DNA from: Promethearchaeota archaeon
Lineage (GTDB): Archaea > Asgardarchaeota > Lokiarchaeia > Sigyniarchaeales > SOKP01
Reading direction: 5' to 3'
Assembly (NCBI GenBank): GCA_048940925.1
Contig: JBHLOC010000069.1
Location: forward strand, 1 to 14,260
Length of the DNA: 14,260 bases
A model generated the notes under the pieces. That model searched no databases, was not told the origin of the DNA, and worked only from the letters and a program-made list of their open reading frames with translations. The position numbers and the translations under genes were made by a program. This document shows, in pieces, positions 7,662 through 14,260 of this stretch (position 1 is its first letter; each line of letters starts with the position of its first letter).

Positions 7662-9140
7662 ATGAGTGAAGAAGAAAGATTTCACACGATAATTCAAGAA
7701 ATAAAAGAAATTTATTTATTTTTAACTCAAGGAGAACCTACTCCTGATGATGAAATTGAAGCACGGAGCAATCTGATGGAAAAAGTAAGTGAAATAAAAA
7801 ATTTAAATACTTTTCAAGCAGGGGAAAATATGATTCTTTTTGAAGATGCTCTTAATAAGCTTGAAAACTGGGATACACTTGATTTGTGGTTTATTGAATC
7901 TGAAGTACCTGAATATATTCAAAGTATAATAAAAATAACTGATGATGTCCCAGAATTACCTGCTGATAGGGAAACTGAACAAGCTTTAGAAAGCCGTTCC
8001 AAAGCTGATTTAGAAGCAGTTCAAATTGATATTGAAGATATTGTTGGTAAAGTTTCTGAGCAGTTTAAAGGAGAAATTGATGATCTTAAGCAAAAAATAG
8101 AATTTTTAAAGCATGAATTAGAAGAAAAAGATAAAATGGTAAAAAGGTCTTCTCGAATAAAAGTAGTTAAAACGATTAAACCCAAAAAAGATGTATTATT
8201 ACCACCTCCCGAAATCAGAATTCCTACTATTAAGAAACCAGAAAAAGCACCTCAGGTTAAAGTTGAAAGAAAATTAGAAGAAGAAAAACCAAATGAGGTT
8301 AAATCACTGCAAGATGTCCAAGTAAAAATCGAAGAAAAATTAGAAAAATCTACTGCTCCCCCGATAATTGAAGAACAACAAAAAAAACCACAAATTGATA
8401 TAGGATTAACTGAAATTCCAGAACAACCTAAGGCTCCTAAACAGATCACAGAAAAATTAGAGAAAAAAATTGAGACTCAAGAAAAAGAAAAACCAAAGAT
8501 ACAAGTTGGAGTAATTGAGGACGAAGCGAAATCAATATCAGATATTTTTAAAGAAGAAAGTATTTCTGACACTAAAGAATCAATAGTAATTTCGGAAGAA
8601 CAAAGTGAAGATTTGACTGAAGAAGAGGAAAAAATACCTTTTATTGCTAAAAAACCAAAAATTGCTACCGTAACTGTAGAAGAGATTGAAACAGAACCTA
8701 TAAAATCAACTGGAAGTGATTTATTTAATGTATTTTCATCTGTTGGTAGTACACCTAGTGAGAAAACAACAAAATCTGAGAAAACGATTAGTCCTATATC
8801 TGATGAACAGCAAAAAATTAAAGAAAGTGAAATTCAAGAAAGATCCTCAATGCCTTTTGTAGACTTTAATACAACTGGACCTGAAATCGTGAGTAGCGAA
8901 GAATCTCTTCCAACATTAGAAGAATTACCTACTGATAAAGATTCCTTATACCAGGAATTAATTGCTCTTGAGGGAAAAAGATATTCACTTGAGAAAAACT
9001 TTAAAGAAATAGAAAAGAGCTATACTTCCGGTTCTATAGATGATCTTGAATATAACAAACAGAGTGATAACCTTAAGAATAGACTGAATAATATAACTTC
9101 TCGTATTAATAAGATACGTAGGGTAATTGCTAGCTTATAA
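7662..9140 (+). CDS. Acidic hypothetical protein: N-terminal helical domain, coiled coil, long Pro/Glu/Lys-rich linker, and C-terminal steadiness-box-like helical hairpin
   Basis: 492-aa ORF with an ATG start. Heptad region IDDLKQKIEFLKHELEEKD, low-complexity centre, and C-terminal LYQELIAL...SYTSGSIDDLEY...INKIRR. The CDS is secure; the domain call is inference. Confidence 0.8.
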   Translation: MSEEERFHTIIQEIKEIYLFLTQGEPTPDDEIEARSNLMEKVSEIKNLNTFQAGENMILFEDALNKLENWDTLDLWFIESEVPEYIQSIIKITDDVPELPADRETEQALESRSKADLEAVQIDIEDIVGKVSEQFKGEIDDLKQKIEFLKHELEEKDKMVKRSSRIKVVKTIKPKKDVLLPPPEIRIPTIKKPEKAPQVKVERKLEEEKPNEVKSLQDVQVKIEEKLEKSTAPPIIEEQQKKPQIDIGLTEIPEQPKAPKQITEKLEKKIETQEKEKPKIQVGVIEDEAKSISDIFKEESISDTKESIVISEEQSEDLTEEEEKIPFIAKKPKIATVTVEEIETEPIKSTGSDLFNVFSSVGSTPSEKTTKSEKTISPISDEQQKIKESEIQERSSMPFVDFNTTGPEIVSSEESLPTLEELPTDKDSLYQELIALEGKRYSLEKNFKEIEKSYTSGSIDDLEYNKQSDNLKNRLNNITSRINKIRRVIASL

Positions 9141-9160
9141 TAACTCTACTATATTTTAAA

Positions 9161-9931
9161 TTACCGTATTTTAAAAATTGGTGGCATTTCCAACTTATGT
9201 TGAGCTGATCTCATCATATTTCTTACTTTCTTAACCTCCTCCTTATTGAGGTCATCTAATTCTAAATTATAATCTATTCGATAAATAATTTCATCTAATT
9301 TATCATAGCTTAATCCAATTTCGCCTTCATCAGTCTGACCCTCCCATAATCCTGCACTAGGTGGTTTTGTGATTATTAGTTTTGGAATTTCTAGTATTTC
9401 AGCAATTTTTAGAACTTCACATTTGTAAAGATCCCCTATGGGCTCGAAATCTACCCCTCCATCCCCATATTTAGTGAAATAACCTATTGCTATTTCAGTT
9501 CTATTACTTGTTCCTGCTACAAGATATGAACCATTAGATTGCCCTATAAAATAATTAATTATCATTCTTAATCGAGCTTTCAAATTTGCATTCGCTACTT
9601 CATTTGATTTAATCTGAGATGACATAGTTCTCAGAATTTTGTCATAAATACCCGTCAGGTTAAAAATCATAAACTTAATATCAAGAAAGTCCGAAATCAT
9701 CTTAGCATCCTCAAGATCTTGAGGATTTGAATAACATGGTAAACCTAGACCTATAACATTATTTTTTCCTATCGCTCCAACGCATAGTGTTGTAATTACG
9801 GCACTATCAATACCTCCACTGATTCCTAATACAATCCCTTTCATATTAGCAGATTCAACATAATTTCTAATCCAGTTTTGAATATCTACAATTACTTGGG
9901 TAAAATCTAATTTTCGCATATTATTTCCCAA
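9161..9931 (-). CDS. nadE: NH3-dependent NAD+ synthetase
   Basis: VLGISGGIDS PP-loop, NLKARLRM, GTSNRTE, GYFTKYGDG and PPSAGLWEGQTDE. No glutaminase domain. The start may be the ATG at 9919 (MRKLD). Confidence 0.96.
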   Translation of the reverse strand: MGNNMRKLDFTQVIVDIQNWIRNYVESANMKGIVLGISGGIDSAVITTLCVGAIGKNNVIGLGLPCYSNPQDLEDAKMISDFLDIKFMIFNLTGIYDKILRTMSSQIKSNEVANANLKARLRMIINYFIGQSNGSYLVAGTSNRTEIAIGYFTKYGDGGVDFEPIGDLYKCEVLKIAEILEIPKLIITKPPSAGLWEGQTDEGEIGLSYDKLDEIIYRIDYNLELDDLNKEEVKKVRNMMRSAQHKLEMPPIFKIR

Positions 9932-10077
9932 TTATTCTTTCATTTAAAATGTTTCAAATTCAATAATTTTAAAAGAAAAGATTAAAATAGAAAGTTTAAA
10001 TTTATAAAGTTAAAAAAATCACGTTGATTAATCTAATATAAGAAATTTTAAATTTACTTGAAAAGGAATGATTTAAT

Positions 10078-10488
10078 ATGAGTGAGGAATTTAAAGCAAT
10101 TGTTGATTCTTCTTATGATAATGGAACACCCTTATGGATTTATACTAGCGACTATATTTATGGTGTAGTACCTACAGCTGGTGAAAAATGGTTAGAAGTA
10201 TCCTATACTTTTGAGGATCCTGATGAGCCATTAATGAAAGGAGAAAAAAGCGCAAATTTCGCATACCAATTAATGATGGAAGAAATTTCTAAGGGTCTTA
10301 CTTTTTATGTACAAGATTTAAAGGTACCATTATTAAAAGAATTTGCTGGTGGTACTGGAAAATCAGGTTCTGAATTAATAGTTGCGGTAATTGAAGAATT
10401 AATAAATAATACTTCAAAATATACCAACAATACTGATTTCCTAATTAAAAAGAAAGGTGAATTAGGAAAACTAAAAGAAAAAGTCTAA
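10078..10488 (+). CDS. Hypothetical protein (136 aa)
   Basis: ATG start (MSEE), globular composition, fills the space between nadE and the convergent ORF. No recognisable family. Confidence 0.8.
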   Translation: MSEEFKAIVDSSYDNGTPLWIYTSDYIYGVVPTAGEKWLEVSYTFEDPDEPLMKGEKSANFAYQLMMEEISKGLTFYVQDLKVPLLKEFAGGTGKSGSELIVAVIEELINNTSKYTNNTDFLIKKKGELGKLKEKV

Positions 10489-10496
10489 ATTAACTT

Positions 10497-11000
10497 TTAT
10501 ATATAGAGATTCTTTCTCATATTATGTTTTTTTGTGAACTCCTCATCAACTCTTCGACGCAGTTGATATCCTAAATTAGGATCTCGTTCTTCTATAACTT
10601 TTTTGATATAATTTCCATGATGCTGTGAAAATTTCTCAATTCCAGTAGCTATAATATTCTGATTATTTTTAACAGGAACGATCATTCCAAAAAGTCTGAG
10701 CATATCGTTAGGAGACATCTTTTTTCCTACTTTTTCATCAATGTCTTTATCAAGATTCCTTACAACCGTACCCATAGATAAAGCCGAATATGGGCTTAAC
10801 TGCTTTGATTTTAACCAATAAGAATTAGGTTTTTTTGTTATGAAAGTGTCTAAATTACCATCTTTATCATTCGATCCTATAACTCTCCAATCTTTAGGAT
10901 CCTTATCATACTCTTTCTTCATTTTTTTTACAATTGATCTAATTGGAGCTACTCCATAATCATCTTCTTCATCTAATTTTCTATTTCCCTTGTCTGTCAT
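10497..11000 (-). CDS. Hypothetical protein (167 aa), resembling a conserved archaeal uncharacterised family
   Basis: Clean ORF convergent with 10078..10488 (8-nt gap). The DPKDWR...YWLKS...SPY...GTVVRNLD pattern recalls euryarchaeal hypothetical proteins (from memory, unverified). Confidence 0.8.
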   Translation of the reverse strand: MTDKGNRKLDEEDDYGVAPIRSIVKKMKKEYDKDPKDWRVIGSNDKDGNLDTFITKKPNSYWLKSKQLSPYSALSMGTVVRNLDKDIDEKVGKKMSPNDMLRLFGMIVPVKNNQNIIATGIEKFSQHHGNYIKKVIEERDPNLGYQLRRRVDEEFTKKHNMRKNLYI

Positions 11001-11133
11001 GCTTCAATAGTAATTAATAAATACAAGTATAAAAATATCAAGTAACAATAATTTACGTAGATCTTATTAATTTCTAATAAAGATAAAGGTTCTATAAAAA
11101 ATAAATTTTTTTGTTATAAATTTCGCATAAACA

Positions 11134-13038
11134 ATGAATAATAGTAAAGAATTTAAACAGTTCAAAACATACATTAATCTCTTTGATAGTGCTATTGAAT
11201 CAAAAAATAATTCCCGTTTAAAAGCATTATTGAAGCTGATAAAAAATAATGAATCGTTATTTTTGGAAAGCTACAATAAACGAAAGAAGGAAGGCGTTTA
11301 TTATACAGATGAAGAAGTCTCAAGATTTATAATTAAAAAAACCTTACTTGAATTACTTAATCAAAATCTAAATAAATTTAAGAATCTTGAAATAAAGATA
11401 AATTCTTTCAAAGATTTATATAAAATAGAGCAGAATCTAAAGAACCAAATAATTAAAATTCTGCTTAACCTTTCTGTATGCGATCCTACATGTGGTTCTG
11501 GAGTTTTTTTAACTAGTGTGGCTGATCTTCTTTTTAAGGTAATCAAAAACTTAGATAGAAACATAAATCCAATTAAAATAAAAACTCAAATATTAGAGAA
11601 TATTTATGGTTTAGACATAAATCCTTATGCCATTAAGTTATGCTCAATTAAATTGTTAGCGTGGTTTTATAAAGAAATTGAATTTAATAATTTGGAACAC
11701 TTTCCCCTTAAATTTTCAAATTTAAAAGTCCAAAATAGTCTTTTTTCAAACGATTGGCCAAAAAAATTGTTTAAGAAGAACCATTTTCATATTATTATAG
11801 GAAATCCACCATATGGTAATATTCTGAGTAAAGAAGAGAAGGATATTTTAAAAAATCAAAATCTTTATTATAATGATATCTACTGCGCGTTCCTAATTAG
11901 AGCTCTCGATTGGATTGATACTGGAATCATTGGTTTTTTGATACCAAAAAGTTTCCTTCTCAGACAAGGATATTTAAAATTTAGGAATGATTTTCTTACA
12001 ACGGCTTCGATTTTGAAGATATATGATATAGGAGCAAATTTATTTAAAAGAGCTACAAATGAAGTTCAAGTTGTGATTTATCAAAAAGATAAAAAAAAAG
12101 AAAATCATCTGGAGATATATGATTATCCAGAGAAAAAACTTTCCTGTTATAAAAATCAACAATTTGACGATTTGAGAATATGTTTAAATCTCGAATGTCC
12201 TTTATGTGTTAATTCAAAAAAATTTTACGCATATACTTACGACAGAAATTGTCCCTTTTGTAATTCTAACACAATAGAACTCAACCGTATTAGAATTAAA
12301 ACCACTCCCCGCATTATTAGCATTATTAATAAACTTGAGAATAAAGGAGATTTAAATTATTTAAATATTTCCAACTTTCCAAATATGATTCGAGGAGAGG
12401 AAGATAAAGGACTGCAAATGGTGAAAAAAAAACTGCTAAATCACTCAGATGTAAATTGTTATTACATAAATGCTAAAAATGATTTCAAGTATTACTATAT
12501 AGACAAAAAGAAGCGTTTTAATATTAAAGAGATTGATGCAAAATTATTAAAAGGAGAAAATTATGAATACTATCTTAGCCCAAAACTACTTATTAAGCAT
12601 AATAATATAATACCGGAAGCAGTTTTTACTGAAGATAATCTATGTTTTTCTTCCTCAATATATTCACTTCTCTATGACGATAATGCTGAACTTCAATATC
12701 TGTGTGCAATCCTTAATTCCGCATTAATTCAGTTCTATTGTATATACGGTATTAATAACCAAAAAGATACAACAATCAATCTTAATCAATATATGATTAG
12801 GCATCTTCCAATCGTAAACCCAAGATCCCAAATCAAACAAATTATTATCAATCGTGTGGAGGACATTGAATTAAATTTAAATAAAAATAATGGAACAATA
12901 AATAATCAGACAAATCAACTATTAAAAGAAATTGATGATGTTATATTTAATCTCTATTCTATGTCAAATGATGAGAAAAAATTAGTAATCTCTAATGTAA
13001 CAAATCAAATAAGACATTTCAAGATAATTTATAGTTGA
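11134..13038 (+). CDS. N6-adenine DNA methyltransferase, gamma class (Eco57I/TaqI-like), with a C-terminal TRD-like region and a Cys-rich insert
   Basis: Motif X GVYYT, motif I CDPTCGSGVFL, IYGLDIN, motif IV IIGNPPY, GFLIPKSFL, and TaqI_C-like PKLLIK...YLCAILNSALIQFY...LNQYMIRHLPI. Confidence 0.9.
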   Translation: MNNSKEFKQFKTYINLFDSAIESKNNSRLKALLKLIKNNESLFLESYNKRKKEGVYYTDEEVSRFIIKKTLLELLNQNLNKFKNLEIKINSFKDLYKIEQNLKNQIIKILLNLSVCDPTCGSGVFLTSVADLLFKVIKNLDRNINPIKIKTQILENIYGLDINPYAIKLCSIKLLAWFYKEIEFNNLEHFPLKFSNLKVQNSLFSNDWPKKLFKKNHFHIIIGNPPYGNILSKEEKDILKNQNLYYNDIYCAFLIRALDWIDTGIIGFLIPKSFLLRQGYLKFRNDFLTTASILKIYDIGANLFKRATNEVQVVIYQKDKKKENHLEIYDYPEKKLSCYKNQQFDDLRICLNLECPLCVNSKKFYAYTYDRNCPFCNSNTIELNRIRIKTTPRIISIINKLENKGDLNYLNISNFPNMIRGEEDKGLQMVKKKLLNHSDVNCYYINAKNDFKYYYIDKKKRFNIKEIDAKLLKGENYEYYLSPKLLIKHNNIIPEAVFTEDNLCFSSSIYSLLYDDNAELQYLCAILNSALIQFYCIYGINNQKDTTINLNQYMIRHLPIVNPRSQIKQIIINRVEDIELNLNKNNGTINNQTNQLLKEIDDVIFNLYSMSNDEKKLVISNVTNQIRHFKIIYS

Positions 13039-13052
13039 ATTTCTATTTCATT

Positions 13053-14207
13053 TTAAACTAATTTTTTATCAACTAATTGCTTAATGTCTAATTTTTCTGA
13101 AATCCAATATTGATTAATTAAGTCTCTTGCTTTCTCCCTTTTTTCTTGATGATTTTTTAGGAATTTAATAATTCTTTCTGTTAAAATGGATTTGCACTCT
13201 CCGCATAGTCTTTCACCATTTAGACATTCATTTTTTATGGTTGATAATTCTTCATTATCTAACATAAAGGCCATGAAGAAATATTTATAAACAGAGCATA
13301 TATTGGGGGTGCCTCCTCGTTCTTTCTGTTCCTTAGCAGAACCACGACCTCCTGTAAATGCATTCCCAACTTTTATTTTTACTTCTTTTTCTGAATCCGT
13401 TGAGAAAATAGCGTCACCCCCTACAGAAGTTGACATTTTACTTTGTTCTTTTAGTCCAGGAAGAAAAATACACTGAATCGACGCAGGTTTATAATACCCT
13501 AATTTAGGTAGAACATCTCGAGCGATTCGAAAATGTGGATCTTGGTCTACAGCATGCGGTATAAGACAAGGGACATTTTTATCATCAATTAAGCACTTTA
13601 AAATTGCAGGTACTGCTTGCATACTAGTAAAAAAGATTTGTCCTATGTTTGAACTTTCATTCAGTCCAAAAGTGGCTCTTATCATTGAGAAAGTAATTTT
13701 TTTAGCGATTTTTGCAGCATACTTATAGAGTACACCAGCTAACTCGATATCGGAGAAGATAAACGTTTTTTTAGGATTGAATCCAATAGCGATAACATCT
13801 AAAGCATTTTCATACCCTAACAAATTAGTTTTTTCTAAAGAAATATTTTCCTTAAAAAAGAATTTCTCATCATCAGTCATTTGAAACCATAATTCTACAT
13901 CAAAAGTGTCTTGGAGCCATTTTGTAAATATCCATGGAATTATGTGCCCGATATGAATATTCCCTGAAGGACCTCTCCCTGTATATAAAAAGAATTTATT
14001 ATTATTCTGATATTCATTTAAAATCCAGTCTAAATCTCTGTGTGCGAAAAAAATTCGTCTTTGTAGATAAGGATGAGTAGTTCCTGTTAATTTTTGTAAT
14101 GTTCTTAAAAGATTTTGATCAATTAACTTTATCCCAAATTCCTCTACTAATTTTGTATAATCAATATCTCCTTTTACTTCCCAAGGAGTAACAATAAAAT
14201 CTTTCAT
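13053..14207 (-). CDS. trpS: Tryptophanyl-tRNA synthetase (archaeal/eukaryal type)
   Basis: VTPWEV, YTGRGPSGNIHIGH (HIGH), TDDEKF, CLIPHAVDQDPHFR, KMSTS (KMSKS variant) and AFTGGR. Confidence 0.97.
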   Translation of the reverse strand: MKDFIVTPWEVKGDIDYTKLVEEFGIKLIDQNLLRTLQKLTGTTHPYLQRRIFFAHRDLDWILNEYQNNNKFFLYTGRGPSGNIHIGHIIPWIFTKWLQDTFDVELWFQMTDDEKFFFKENISLEKTNLLGYENALDVIAIGFNPKKTFIFSDIELAGVLYKYAAKIAKKITFSMIRATFGLNESSNIGQIFFTSMQAVPAILKCLIDDKNVPCLIPHAVDQDPHFRIARDVLPKLGYYKPASIQCIFLPGLKEQSKMSTSVGGDAIFSTDSEKEVKIKVGNAFTGGRGSAKEQKERGGTPNICSVYKYFFMAFMLDNEELSTIKNECLNGERLCGECKSILTERIIKFLKNHQEKREKARDLINQYWISEKLDIKQLVDKKLV

Positions 14208-14260
14208 TTATCCTAATCCAAATAGTTTACATATTTCTTAAATATTATGTTTATCCTTCT

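Noticed and set aside
8346-8363. KSTAPP as a P(S/T)AP late-domain motif
   Set aside because: It lacks the required first proline.
8252-8449. 65-aa minus-strand ORF
   Set aside because: Ser/Phe-rich mirror of the Glu/Lys codons of 7662..9140.
10342-10365. FAGGTGKS as a Walker A motif in the 136-aa protein
   Set aside because: The spacing does not fit [AG]-x4-GK[ST], it lies late in a small protein, and there is no Walker B or room for an NTPase fold.
11361-11564. 67-aa minus-strand ORF
   Set aside because: Antisense to motif I of the methyltransferase.

Overview
AT-rich archaeal DNA, most likely Asgard/Lokiarchaeia. This is inferred from an archaeal/eukaryal-type TrpRS, GGTGA Shine-Dalgarno sites, TTG/GTG starts, BRE-TATA promoters and an ESCRT-I-like domain. 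Left half: a 3'-truncated multi-pass membrane protein missed by the ORF track (<1..842, -), an LLM/F420-type oxidoreductase, two tandem nitronate monooxygenase/FabK-like paralogues (about 86% aa identity), an MBL-fold hydrolase with an extra N-terminal domain, and an aldo/keto reductase. Right half: a 492-aa acidic, largely disordered protein, nadE, two hypothetical proteins, a solitary N6-adenine DNA methyltransferase with a Cys-rich insert, and trpS. There are two main observations. (1) The C-terminus of the 492-aa protein aligns without gaps to the Vps23/TSG101 steadiness box (compared from memory), and the protein carries MIM2-like and repeated P-x-I-x-I/V motifs, so it is a candidate stand-alone ESCRT adaptor. 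(2) Each NMO paralogue lies behind a near-identical 289-bp, mostly non-coding block (4 mismatches) that begins with a 15-codon mini-ORF copying the gene's own start (MTIKTIIT vs MTIKTNIT). No rRNA, tRNA, CRISPR array or transposase was seen.
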